From: an uncultured delta proteobacterium
Lineage (GTDB): Bacteria; Desulfobacterota; Binatia; UBA9968
Direction of reading: 5' to 3'
Length of the DNA stretch: 64,000 nucleotides
NCBI GenBank assembly: GCA_963737905.1
Contig: CAVTUQ010000028.1
Span: forward strand, 160,001-224,000
Shown here: piece after piece, positions 46,490-56,722 of the stretch
Position numbering within the stretch: position 1 is the stretch's first letter
How the letters are laid out: each line of letters begins with the position of its first letter
The notes under the pieces: generated by a model
Told to the model about the DNA's origin: nothing
Seen by the model: the letters and a program-made list of their open reading frames with translations, nothing else
Database searches by the model: none
Position numbers and translations under genes: made by a program

Positions 46490-46638
46490 CACTGTCTGTT
46501 CCTTTCCTGGGTCATGTTGATGCAAATCGAAACTCGAAAGTGGTGAAGACAACTCGGAGAACTCACCGCTGAGGCGCGGAGGGCGCGGAGAAAATAAACT
46601 AGCAGACCTAGTATCAGACTAGTCAAGATCACTCAGGC

Positions 46639-46715
46639 GTCACCCCCGGCTGTCTCTAGCTGGGGGGCCAGTGCGAAACTCCCCTGGATTCCCGCTAAAA
46701 GCATGCGGGAATGAC
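46639..46715. repeat. REP-like palindrome pair related to 413..507
   Basis: GTCACCCCCGGC..GCTGGGGGGCC and GGATTCCCGC..GCGGGAATGAC. Confidence 0.55.
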
Positions 46716-46826
46716 GGACTTCGGAAAAGGGAGCTTTCCGAAATTTTACTCTGTGAACTCGGCGTCTTTGCGGTGAATCCTCTTTCACAGTAAACCCGGA
46801 AGAACCGAAACATAGGCGGTCCATCG

Positions 46827-48161
46827 TTACAAAGCAAGGTCGAGGCTGATCCTTGCTCGATTGTCGTTGAAATCAAAGGTATTGAAGTTGGAATTACGAC
46901 GGTCAAAGTGATAGTTGGCGCGCACCGAGAGCCAGCGCGTAAAGGTGTAGGTGAGACCGGCGCCCGCGCCAAACAGAGTATCGGTGCGCTTGGCGGTCTG
47001 GGTGCCGACAGTGGCTGTGACAGGGTATTTGTTAAGCGCGCCGCCCAGGTTGGCCTGGAAGGACAAGTTGGGACTAAAGATATAGTTCATCGTCAGAATG
47101 CTGAAGATCGATATAAAGAAATCGTTATTGGCCTGTGAGGATTCAAAGGGGCGGCGCTCTAAGGTCAGGGTGAAACTGGTCTTGTCCGTCATCTGATAAC
47201 CCCATTGGTTGGTCGTCACCACACCACTAAATGATTTTCCACCTACCTGCTGAGGGTCGCGATACAGATACCCGACCTTGGTGAGCCCTCGGATCCTGGC
47301 CGTGGGTTCGCTGCGCACGCCCACCAGAAAGTCGTAATTGTTGGCGTCGCGATTTGTGCTCGAGCTTTGCAGGTACTGAATCCTCCCATAACCGGGTTCG
47401 AGAAGGACATCAGTCTTCGGAAAGATACGGTAGTAGCCGGTCAGCCCGACGCGATTTTCAACCCGGTCGAGAAACTCGTTCTGTTGCTGCAGGTAATTGA
47501 TATAGTACAGGTTGTGGCTTAGCGCGATCGAATAGCGTTCAGCGAGCCGGTACTCTACGCTGCTTCGCAGGACGTCCTGAAGATTCTTAACCGGTCCGGT
47601 AGTGTCTGTAAGAGGCGCCTCGGTGCTCTTCGAGAATACATTATTCATATTGACCAGCAGCCCGCCGGGAAAGTCGAGGTTCATGCCAAGGGTGGCGAAG
47701 TGATTAATGGTGTCCTGTTTCTTGAGCGTGGCATACTGTACGAATTCAGCCCGGTAGCCACCAAAAAAATCGTGACGGCCCGTAGGGAGGTGCAAAGCAA
47801 ACCCCGGGCTAATTCTGGTCGAGAAATCACCTTGCTCGTTCGACGGTGTCTGGAAAACGTTACTCTCGTACTGTTCTGTGAGGCTGAAGGCGGGATGGAT
47901 CCTCAGCTCTCCCCAACGAATACCGAGGGCGGCCGAACTAATGGCAGGATGGACCTTGCTCAGCTGGCTGTAGGCAACTCCGGAGAAGCAGAGAAAAATC
48001 GACCCGGCCAGTAAGAGAATTGCGGATTGCGAATTGCGAATTGCGAATTTAAAAGATAGCAGGGAGCTATGGAGCTCGGAGCATGGAGCTGGGAGCAACA
48101 CCCATTGCGGATTTGAAAGACAGCAAAGCGCTAAGCGGTAAGCGCAAAGCGTTAAGAGCAA
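46827..48161 (-). CDS. EPS-associated outer-membrane beta-barrel protein (BBP2-type)
   Basis: Alternating amphipathic strands, YESNVF, D....ISPG, terminal strand; located next to wza; start lies within repeats. Confidence 0.78.
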   Translation of the reverse strand: MLLTLCAYRLALCCLSNPQWVLLPAPCSELHSSLLSFKFAIRNSQSAILLLAGSIFLCFSGVAYSQLSKVHPAISSAALGIRWGELRIHPAFSLTEQYESNVFQTPSNEQGDFSTRISPGFALHLPTGRHDFFGGYRAEFVQYATLKKQDTINHFATLGMNLDFPGGLLVNMNNVFSKSTEAPLTDTTGPVKNLQDVLRSSVEYRLAERYSIALSHNLYYINYLQQQNEFLDRVENRVGLTGYYRIFPKTDVLLEPGYGRIQYLQSSSTNRDANNYDFLVGVRSEPTARIRGLTKVGYLYRDPQQVGGKSFSGVVTTNQWGYQMTDKTSFTLTLERRPFESSQANNDFFISIFSILTMNYIFSPNLSFQANLGGALNKYPVTATVGTQTAKRTDTLFGAGAGLTYTFTRWLSVRANYHFDRRNSNFNTFDFNDNRARISLDLAL

Positions 48162-48477
48162 GAGAGGTGAGGGCTGAGAGCAAGGCCATTGCGGATTTGA
48201 ATTGCGGATTTCGAGCTTAGCGGAGCTGCGAACTTGTGCAGCAGGGAGTCAACGACAATGCGCTCAGGGGAGCTAAGAGCTGAGCGCAAAGTTCGGATTT
48301 CGGATTGCGGATTTCGAATTGTGCTTCGGCTCTGCGCTCCATGCTCCTTGCTCCCTGCTGTTCCCGAATCAATTCGAAATCCGCAATTCCTCTGACCCCT
48401 TCGCTCTTAGCAGCCTTTAAATTCGCAATCCGCAATTCGAAATCCGCAATTAGCTTTGCTCCTTGCTCCCTGCTCCA
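48020..48477. repeat. Heptamer repeat mosaic with nested inverted arms
   Basis: attgcgg attgcga attgcga ... aattcgc aatccgc aattcga aatccgc; gagcatg/gctccat. Confidence 0.82.
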
Positions 48478-49520
48478 TCACTTGCTCGGCGGTGGCATAA
48501 ATGCGCTTGCTTCTACTGCGGCTGCTTGCTGTTTCTGGACGTCTGAGGCGTTTGTTGTGGTTCCGGCAACAAACTGCTCGAAATTCTGCGTCTGAACAGT
48601 AGGCGTGACCTGCGCCGCCGTTGCGATTGTGGTGGCAGGAAGGTTGGTGCTAAGAGCCGCCGTCGCTAGTTGCGTCACTTCGGCCTGGGTTGGACCTAGT
48701 AGATCAAAAGGCGAAGCATCATAAATCGCTTGCTCCACGGGTGTCCAAATCACCTGCAAAGGCGTCATGCTTTCAACAATTTGCTGAATGGCTTGTGGTG
48801 ACGCTCCAGCCTCCAGGGCAGCCCTGACAGAGTTTGGCAACACTATGAGTAGATTCAGTCTGCCAGCTTCTACCTGCCAGATCTGGCCATTTTCACAGAA
48901 GATCTGTTCCCCGGTGCCAACAGTACCGGGCACTGTTGGCAGAACAACAAGGGCAGAGACACCACCAAGACATAACAAAGTTGTCTGACCCCCACTTCCG
49001 CCAGCCGCGGTTGGGGCGACACCGGGCTTGGGAGCAGCGGTTCCCGCGACAGCCGCTGCCGCGGAATAGCCGAGAATGCCGTCGGTACCTCTTGCGGCCA
49101 TGACCGCGGTTGGCGTCGAGATCATGAACTGGTTCTGGCGCGTCCCTACCAGGGTCACCCCCGCCTGCGACACGACATAGCGAACCAGCCCGACGACCAG
49201 ATGGAACATGGATGTGCGTGTCTGGGCCTCGCTGGTGAGCTGGCGGACCTGCAACCGGCTCTGCGCAAAGACCATGAGGATGCTGCCGTCAACCATCGCA
49301 ATTTCGGCCCCGGAATTCTGCGCCGCCCGGACCTCATCACCCGTCGACAGAGGCATCCCAGCTTTTGCCGGCTGCCAGGTCGTCGTGCCTCTGCTGAGCA
49401 CCTCCACCTGGCCCACGACATTGGCAAGCTTGGCCTGATCCTGACGCACCTGCGCCGGCAATGGCGCCGTGGAAAACAACGTCAGTATTGCCCCGACAAA
49501 AAGAAAGAAAATCTTCGGGA
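48478..49520 (-). CDS. FecR domain-containing secreted protein with Ala/Thr/Pro-rich tail
   Basis: GQVEV...GDEVRA..NS.AEI...DGS, ISTPTAVMAARGT; hydrophobic signal upstream but no in-frame ATG before it. Confidence 0.82.
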
Positions 49521-49790
49521 TTCCGTGTGGCCCACCGCTGAGAGTGAGGGGTTAGAAAATTGCGAATTTCGGATTTCGAATTTCGAATTTTTACTCCGCA
49601 TGCTTTATGTGGTGAAAGAGAATCTTGGATATCTCACCACGGAGGCGTCAGTATGTGCCGCGGAGGAAAGAAAATAGCTGTTGACGCAGTCGCCGAGCGC
49701 GGAGAAAAAATTTTTCATAAAAATACTCCGAACTCTGCGGACTCGGTGTCTCTGCGGTGAATACTCTTGATGAAGTGAGTTTCAGGGGAT

Positions 49791-51968
49791 TCATGCGCGC
49801 ACCTCCACTGCGGGGGCTTGTTCCAAGCTCGCGTACCTGATGTTTACCAACTCATACATCGGCACGGCGTCCCGCTTCCCCTTGACGACTACTTCGCCCA
49901 GAGGATTGACTTCGAGAATCTCTTTGGCTTCCTGGTAGGTAGAATTGCTGATGATGATGTTGTTTTGGGTCGGAAGATCCTTGTTCGCTGCTTCCAATCG
50001 CGCTCCGAGGTTGACCGCATCGCCGATGACCGTGTAATCGAAGCGCTGCTCTGAGCCGAGATTGCCAACCACGACCTCACCGGTGCTGACTCCGATTCCC
50101 ATTCTGAGCGGAGTCTTTCCCTCGGCCTGCCAACGCTCCTGCAAGACCCTGAGTTGGCCGGCCATCTCGAAGGCGGCTTGGCAAGCGCGCGCTGCATGAT
50201 CCGTGTAATGGATGGGGGCGCCGAAAATCCCCAGGATAGAGTCACCGATAAACTTGTCGACGGTCCCTCCGTGCTTGAAGATGATGTCAACCATCGCGGT
50301 CAAATACTCGCGGAGAATCTCGACGACCTCTTCAGGCTCGTGCTCTTCCGAGTAGGCAGTGAAGTCCCGGAGGTCCGTGAACAAAATCGTCAGGTGTCGC
50401 CGTTCCCCCCCGAACACGAGGGCGTTTGGGTCGTCAGCAATCTGCTGGACGACATCATGGGGGACGTATTGTTGAAAAGCCCGTTTGAGCCAGGCCCGTT
50501 CTCGTTGCTCGGTCAGGACTCTGTGAAGCGTGCAGCCGGTGTAGGTAAACGCGAGACTCGCCATAGGATACACGATGGGTAACCAGTAGCCCGGGTATCT
50601 GAATAAGACGTGAGCCACGCCAAAAACCCCACCAGCCGTGACCAATGTCGCCACCGTGCTGCCCATGGGGCGAAACCGCCGGGTGATAACGACCACGACC
50701 AAAGGCAGAAGAATTATTCCCGCGATGGTGACAAAAATCTCCCAGACCGGGCGGCGCAGATAGTGCCCACCTAGAATGTTGTCCGCGACAGTGGCATGGA
50801 TCTCTACCCCGGGAAAAACAGGGTCGACCGGCGCAACCCGAACGTCATAGATTCCCGAGGAAGTCGCCCCGACGAAGACCAGATGATCCTTGAGCGAACC
50901 TTCAGGGATATTTCCGGACATGACATCGATCGCAGAGACATGGCGGAAGCTTTTCGCCGGTCCCGCGTAGTTCAGTAACATGCGCAGGTGATGGTCGGTC
51001 GGAATCTCCATGGCACCCAACCGGATTCCGCCTTCGAAGTCAATCTGCAGATCGGTGGCGGCCAACCCCAACGCCTGGCGCACTACCTCGAGCGGCAAAG
51101 ACGGGTAATAGGCTCGGTGATACTCGATGACCAAAGGAGCCCACCGCACTACGCCATCAGAGTCCGGGATGACGTTTACATGTCCAAGCCCTTGGGCAGC
51201 CCGGACCAATGAGGCGATCGGTGGCATCATGCCCAATCCGGACACGGGGGAAACAATACCGGCATCTTTTGGCCCTCTGAAGGCGATGATACGGGACTTC
51301 AAAGGAGGTTGGATTTGCGCCGTCACACCTTCCTCTGGGCGCGTCAAGAAGAAGGCCGCGATCACACTGCGCGGGACGCGCTGGAGCGCCTCGGCAAGAA
51401 GCGCATCCGCTTCACCTTCGTTCCCTCGGAGGCGCTGTAGCTCCTCATGAAACTCGCTGCTCTTGGGACCGCCCTTCAAGAGTCCCAATTGTTCGTAGCG
51501 CGACAACAGCCGATCAGTCAGTCGCGCCGAAAGATCCTTTTCCTCCTCGCTCAGAATAATATCCATCCCCACCGCCTTGGCCCCTGCTTTCCCGATCGCC
51601 TCGAGCAGCTGAGCCTGTACCCGCCGGGACCATGGCCAGCGTCCCACCGCGGCCAGGCTTTTTTCATCAATGGCGACAATCGTGATAGCGTTATTGGTTG
51701 GGCGCGGACCGCGAAGATGAAAATGAGCGTCAAAGATTTTCGCCTCGATGCTTTCGAGAAAGTCGATGCGCAGAAAGAAAAGTATCAACACGACGATCGA
51801 GACCCCAATTGCTATCATGAGATCTCGCCGAGGCCTTTTACGCGAGATCGCGGCCCCGTTTGTCTTCGACGGTCCCGCGTTTGCTCGCGCCAAAGAGTTG
51901 CCGCGATTTTTCTCCGTCAAGTCGTTGTCACGGCGCGGTTGTTTGCCGTTCGAGTCAGAGTCAGTCAT
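49791..51968 (-). CDS. CHASE2-domain adenylate/guanylate cyclase
   Basis: IDEKSL...GRWPWSR, D.DGVVR, GVEIHA (CHASE2); FTDLRDFT, DKFIGD, DYTVIGDAVNLGARLE. Confidence 0.95.
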   Translation of the reverse strand: MTDSDSNGKQPRRDNDLTEKNRGNSLARANAGPSKTNGAAISRKRPRRDLMIAIGVSIVVLILFFLRIDFLESIEAKIFDAHFHLRGPRPTNNAITIVAIDEKSLAAVGRWPWSRRVQAQLLEAIGKAGAKAVGMDIILSEEEKDLSARLTDRLLSRYEQLGLLKGGPKSSEFHEELQRLRGNEGEADALLAEALQRVPRSVIAAFFLTRPEEGVTAQIQPPLKSRIIAFRGPKDAGIVSPVSGLGMMPPIASLVRAAQGLGHVNVIPDSDGVVRWAPLVIEYHRAYYPSLPLEVVRQALGLAATDLQIDFEGGIRLGAMEIPTDHHLRMLLNYAGPAKSFRHVSAIDVMSGNIPEGSLKDHLVFVGATSSGIYDVRVAPVDPVFPGVEIHATVADNILGGHYLRRPVWEIFVTIAGIILLPLVVVVITRRFRPMGSTVATLVTAGGVFGVAHVLFRYPGYWLPIVYPMASLAFTYTGCTLHRVLTEQRERAWLKRAFQQYVPHDVVQQIADDPNALVFGGERRHLTILFTDLRDFTAYSEEHEPEEVVEILREYLTAMVDIIFKHGGTVDKFIGDSILGIFGAPIHYTDHAARACQAAFEMAGQLRVLQERWQAEGKTPLRMGIGVSTGEVVVGNLGSEQRFDYTVIGDAVNLGARLEAANKDLPTQNNIIISNSTYQEAKEILEVNPLGEVVVKGKRDAVPMYELVNIRYASLEQAPAVEVRA

Positions 51969-52150
51969 TGGCCTTTCGACTGAAAATTTTCGCAGCGCGC
52001 GAAAATTTCCCAGTGGCTATTCAAGAATGGAGATTTGCGTGCACCACGAGCCAAGCACGCCAGGTCCGGAAGTTAAATGTCTTTGCGGCCTTTGCGCGAG
52101 ATATTCCGAGTTTTGATTTGCGGCTACAAAACATGAAAATACAGATCTTC

Positions 52151-52246
52151 GTCATGCCGGCATGGATAGCCGGCATCCAGGTTTGTAAGGACGCGTCCGG
52201 AAACATCCATGTCAACCTGGATTCCAGCACTCCATGCTGGAATGAC
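52151..52246. repeat. REP/MITE-like element, inverted copy of 413..507
   Basis: GTCATGCCGGCATGGATAGCCGGCATCCAGG...CCTGGATTCCAGCACTCCATGCTGGAATGAC. Confidence 0.8.
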
Positions 52247-52917
52247 CGCAATCGAGGGGTGCTGTTTTAAACTGATAGAAGCCCCTCCGCCCCGTATTTT
52301 CAAAGGAGATCCTAGCGTGGCAGAGACGAGCCTAAGCTCATGAATCACTTCGTGGTCGTTATACACCGGGTAAAGTACCAACAGCGTGAGATAGCTAGAT
52401 GGATAACGGGTGCGATGCCGGAGTAGGAGTGCTCCAACGAAGTATAGTGCTATTTCATCCGATTTTGGCGCAAGGCTTCCGCTCGGCCTACGCGCCTCGC
52501 TTCAAGAGACAACAGGCATTTCTGTTGATCATCCGTGTTCAAAAGATACGACGCTTAGCACTCTCGAGTGAGCGGAAGTATTTTTGTAATTTGCCACGTC
52601 GCAAAATAAAGCCCCTTTCCGCCAATGCGTGGAATTCATCAGATGATCAGTGATGAACTCCTCGGAAGCTTTGTGTAGTACAAACCCCAACTAGCTGTCA
52701 AGACACTGACAGGAATAGGCATACGTCACTCCGTACGCTGTGGCAGCAGCAATTTTTATCAATGAATTAAAGTAATTATGTTATTGAGGCGTTTATAACT
52801 CGTGTCTAGTAACCAATGAAGTAAGCCGCTCGCCTCATTTCCACGTTTTTGTAAATTCTTTACGAGTTTTCATTCCAGCCACTGCGTAATTTGCCTTTTA
52901 AGTTAGCAAGTTAGACC

Positions 52918-52932
52918 TGGCATGGGACTTGC
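52918..52932 (+). promoter_or_regulatory. Candidate sigma-54 promoter
   Basis: TGGCATGGGACTTGC, GG-N10-GC; ~275 nt upstream of the lipoprotein gene. Confidence 0.5.
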
Positions 52933-53207
52933 CGTCTTTTAATGGTGTTCGGCTCAATGCTTGGAGGCACAGTTTCCCCCTGCCAAAGGGCTATAGAGCT
53001 AAATATTTGTTTTACTGTTCAGCAAGAAATTTGCCTTCTAACCGTTGCCGATCCGCACCGATGAAGCTGCGCTCACGACTGATGATATTTCGCGGCTTGC
53101 CGATATCATTATCGGTGCAGTTGAGTAGTCGATTTTTAGCGATTAGTTTCAGAAGCTGCTCACGCCTTCAACTCGGTTCGCGCCGAATTACGAGGTGGCG
53201 GCAGGAA

Positions 53208-53570
53208 ATGGTTAGACTTTTCGCTGGCCTCGCTGTGGTTTCTATGCTGTGGGGTTGTGGGCTATCGTATTCCGAGCGCGTTTGGGATCGGGGCCTGAGA
53301 CCCGTCATCCAGGTGATTCCTGAGAGGGATTGGGCAGCGGAAGTTCCGATGTGTCCATCCTGTCTCGCTACGACAACTAAGTTGCCCCTGCGAAACTATC
53401 TCATCAAGGTTAGGTGGGGACAATGGGAAACTTTGGAGCATGAATTTCGGCATATATGGGAGTGGGAAACGAACGGCACAACAGACCACATTATTTTATC
53501 AAGGGGTGAGAGTTCCGTGCACGCTGCAAATTCCGAGGAAAAAAGGCAACTCGATGGCGACGAAAACTAA
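53208..53570 (+). CDS. Small putative lipoprotein with HExxH motif
   Basis: MVRLFAGLAVVSMLWG-C lipobox-like site, CPSC, LEHEFRH. Confidence 0.6.
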   Translation: MVRLFAGLAVVSMLWGCGLSYSERVWDRGLRPVIQVIPERDWAAEVPMCPSCLATTTKLPLRNYLIKVRWGQWETLEHEFRHIWEWETNGTTDHIILSRGESSVHAANSEEKRQLDGDEN

Positions 53571-53649
53571 CAAGATAACGGAACGTTCCTCTCTCCGCGC
53601 CGGCCTCTCGAAAATAAATTGAATCGGTCAGTTTACTGCCCGGGCGCGA

Positions 53650-53706
53650 AGAGTCGCCCGCTTCTTGTCGGGAGAACTGATACCATCTGACCTCACCTCT
53701 CTTCAT
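53650..53706 (-). pseudogene. PemK/MazF toxin N-terminal remnant
   Basis: MKRGEVRWYQFS followed by PDKKR in a shifted frame; remainder missing. Confidence 0.55.
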
Positions 53707-53709
53707 CAA

Positions 53710-54042
53710 TCACCCCAGACCTTGTTTCAAGCTCGCGGGCCGATTGTCGCCACGATTGTAAAGATCCTCGCGCGTCCACCCCCGGCCAGACTTAGCGGTT
53801 CCTAGTAAATCGGGAGTGATCATGCTTTCGCGCTTTTGCTGTCGGCGCGTCGCTTGATCAAACAACCGAAGTCGGGCCCGAACATCAACATCACTTTTCT
53901 GCCGCCTTCGCTTGCCGGCAGGAATTACCCGTAGCGCCTCACCCGCGAGTTCCCAATCGATCTGATCCCCCGGATTGATGCCAAGTTGTTTAGCGACGGC
54001 CTTGGGAAGCGTTACTTGCAGCTTGCTAGTTACCTTACTCAT
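53710..54042 (-). CDS. AbrB/MazE/SpoVT family antitoxin
   Basis: MSKVTSKLQVTLPK...LGINPGD; GRGWTREDLY. Confidence 0.85.
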   Translation of the reverse strand: MSKVTSKLQVTLPKAVAKQLGINPGDQIDWELAGEALRVIPAGKRRRQKSDVDVRARLRLFDQATRRQQKRESMITPDLLGTAKSGRGWTREDLYNRGDNRPASLKQGLG

Positions 54043-54131
54043 GTCCTTACTTTGCCAAGGACTCAATCCTTGTCAATAGTGAGATGTTTTGTCGGCGTTC
54101 GTCAATCGCCGATGTATGCTCGCGCAAGAAC

Positions 54132-55568
54132 TTATTGCAATACATCATTGACGATCCGCATGAGTTTGCCGGCATCTGGTAATTCCGCAACCGACCAAGA
54201 AGTCTCAATCAAAGTCGCGGCGCTCTTTTCATCTAATACACCTTCGCAACAGGAGCGCACCTTGGCTTCCACGTCGGCATCGCTGAGCGGGTTTTCCGGT
54301 CCACCGCGATAGCGCTCATCGGCCCAGCCTTCGACCGCGCGGCCGTTTTTTAGTCGAATCGTGATTCGTGAGCGCATCTTATCGAAACCCATTTTCTCGA
54401 TCGCGGGATCGAGCTCTGTCGATATGCGCCGTTGCATCGCTTGCATCGGTTCATTGCCGACGAACTCGTCGGAGAATTCACGTTTGCCGGCCTTGCGCAC
54501 AAGCGCAATCATGGCAAGGGCCGCGGGTAGCGAAAATTTGGCTTGGAGATGGTTTGCAGCAATGGGATAGCGAATAGGCTTTAGAATATTTGTGCCTGCG
54601 TAGACCTTGACCGCCTCAATTTCTTCCGACTTCACGTCATGCTCGGTGACGAGTTTCAACATCAAGTCGATGGTCGGATGGGTGAGCACGCCGCAGGGAT
54701 AGGGTTTGATCGACACTCCCGGGTCGACGATGCTCCATGTCTTGCCGAAGCCCTGTGAAACTTTCTCGGCATCGACGCCTCCTCCCTGGACGGCATAGAA
54801 ACCCCAGGGACCGTCCAAAGCATCCGGATCCGCTGTGAACCCCCGCTCCGCAAGCAGCGCTGCGGTAACCCCATTCTCCGCAGCCCGGCCGACGTGTAGG
54901 GGCTTGGTCATCGTGCCAAAGTTGCAGCGAATGCCGGCAGCAAAACTTGCAGCGATGCCCAACCCACTGCGCAGCTTGTCCCCCGTTAAGCCTAGAAGTT
55001 TTGCCGCTGTCGCATAGGCTCCGAAGGTTCCCACCGTGCCGCTGGAGTGCATGCCCCTCACGTAATGCTGCGGCAGCATCCACTCGGAGATTTTACATTC
55101 CACTTCAAAGCCCGTCAGAAAAGCGAGCATGAAAGTCTTACCGTCGACGCCGCCGAGTTTCTGCGCCATCACCAACGCACCCGTCAACGGCGGAATCGTT
55201 GGATGAGTCAGCAGTCCATAGATATGCGTTGGGTCGAGACTCACCTGGCTGTCATCCCAGTCATGGGCATGGCCAGACGTGCCGAGCACGCGGGCCGCCA
55301 TGGCAGCCGGAACTTTTTTATTGCCGCGGCCCAACAAAAGCGCGTCCGGCCGGCCGGCCGTCTGCTCGGCTTCGTCGATGAGCAGTCTCACGGAATGTTC
55401 CTCCGACCCCGCAACGAAGAGACCGAGGCCGTCGAGCAAACAGCGCGTGCCGATCCGCACCGCTTCAGCTGGAATCCCAGCAAAAGTCACGTTCTCGACG
55501 AAAGCGGCAGCAGCGGCTGTGGTTTTCAGCCCATCAGGAATGGTCGCAAACGCGTTTTGTTCGGCCAT
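54132..55568 (-). CDS. MmgE/PrpD family protein
   Basis: HAHDWDD, THP, KPLHVG, KPYPCG...HP, KFS, GGPENPL. Confidence 0.92.
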   Translation of the reverse strand: MAEQNAFATIPDGLKTTAAAAAFVENVTFAGIPAEAVRIGTRCLLDGLGLFVAGSEEHSVRLLIDEAEQTAGRPDALLLGRGNKKVPAAMAARVLGTSGHAHDWDDSQVSLDPTHIYGLLTHPTIPPLTGALVMAQKLGGVDGKTFMLAFLTGFEVECKISEWMLPQHYVRGMHSSGTVGTFGAYATAAKLLGLTGDKLRSGLGIAASFAAGIRCNFGTMTKPLHVGRAAENGVTAALLAERGFTADPDALDGPWGFYAVQGGGVDAEKVSQGFGKTWSIVDPGVSIKPYPCGVLTHPTIDLMLKLVTEHDVKSEEIEAVKVYAGTNILKPIRYPIAANHLQAKFSLPAALAMIALVRKAGKREFSDEFVGNEPMQAMQRRISTELDPAIEKMGFDKMRSRITIRLKNGRAVEGWADERYRGGPENPLSDADVEAKVRSCCEGVLDEKSAATLIETSWSVAELPDAGKLMRIVNDVLQ

Positions 55569-55588
55569 TATGATCTGACCAATACAGT

Positions 55589-56428
55589 TTAAGCCGCAGC
55601 CCGCTTCATAAAATCGCTGAAGAGCGAGGCCATCTCGCCGGCCTTCTCATCCCATTCTTCTCGTGGACCGAGGGGCTCGTCGTGGTGCTTGGGAAAGAGG
55701 ATATGCACGTTGCTTTTTGGCAGCAGGCGACCGAGATTCTCGCCGGTTTGACGCCCATGGGTATTGTCGTTTCCAGGGATGATGCATGCCGGAACTTTAA
55801 TCGACTTGAGCTCCGCCTCGCTCGCCCCAATGACCGGGAGATCGGCGCCTTTGAGAAAATACTCGCGCCAGTGCGACATGACGGCAATGAAACGTTCGGG
55901 GCTCATTTTCATCAAGGCGTCGCGATTCTCCGGTCGCGCTTCGATCCGCTCCTTCCAGTGTTCCATCTCGCAGACCTTGGCCATGCCTCCTTGTTTGGCG
56001 GCTTCAATAAACTGGCCGTAATATTCTTGCGCCAGCCGCTCGCACGCAAAGCGTCCGCCGGTGACGCGCCAAAGCAGTAAACCCTTCACCGCTTCCGGAT
56101 GTCGCAAAGCAAATAATAGGGAAGTCCGGCAGCCGGAGGAACTCCCGCCGATAAAAGCGGGTAACGCGCCGAGTTGCCGGAGCAACTCGTGAATATCATC
56201 GGCCCAAATCTCATACTCTGAATCCTCGCCATCGATGACGACGGCGGAAGCGCCGCAGTTGCGCCGATCGAAGACGACGACGCGGTGGCCGGTCTCCGCC
56301 ACTTTGCCGGCGAGCAGCTCGATGCCGCTGATATCGCGCCGGCCGCCGGGCGAGAGCGCCACCCAAGGGCCGTGGTTGCCGAGCACTTTATAGTTCATGT
56401 TGACACCGCGTACGTTTGCTAAAGGCAT
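55589..56428 (-). CDS. Alpha/beta fold hydrolase
   Basis: FDRRNCGAS, GGSSSG nucleophile elbow, IIPGND..H. Confidence 0.88.
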   Translation of the reverse strand: MPLANVRGVNMNYKVLGNHGPWVALSPGGRRDISGIELLAGKVAETGHRVVVFDRRNCGASAVVIDGEDSEYEIWADDIHELLRQLGALPAFIGGSSSGCRTSLLFALRHPEAVKGLLLWRVTGGRFACERLAQEYYGQFIEAAKQGGMAKVCEMEHWKERIEARPENRDALMKMSPERFIAVMSHWREYFLKGADLPVIGASEAELKSIKVPACIIPGNDNTHGRQTGENLGRLLPKSNVHILFPKHHDEPLGPREEWDEKAGEMASLFSDFMKRAAA

Positions 56429-56620
56429 CGTTTCTCCCTCCTATTTCTGACTGATAGCCGGGTTTCTATGCGTGAGGTTTCACTACCACAACCGCAACCC
56501 GTAGCACAATCGAGTTTGTCCGATCGTTGCTCTCAAAGCTTTGGAAGGAAATCTTGCAGCTCCGGTGAAATGGGTTCGTCGATCGACTAGCCATTCATCG
56601 TGGCGCGCTGCGAATTAGCA

Positions 56621-56696
56621 GAGTTCAATTCGTTCAAGTGGTTCAAATCGTTCAAAACGTTTTGAACGGCTTAAACGGCTTGAGCGTTTTGAACTC
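56621..56696. repeat. 9-nt periodic palindrome (GTTCAANNN x4 / TTGAACNNN x4)
   Basis: Terminal inverted repeat GAGTTCAA...TTGAACTC. Confidence 0.75.
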
Positions 56697-56722
56697 GGTT
56701 TCGCCATCCGGCTCAACCCAGC

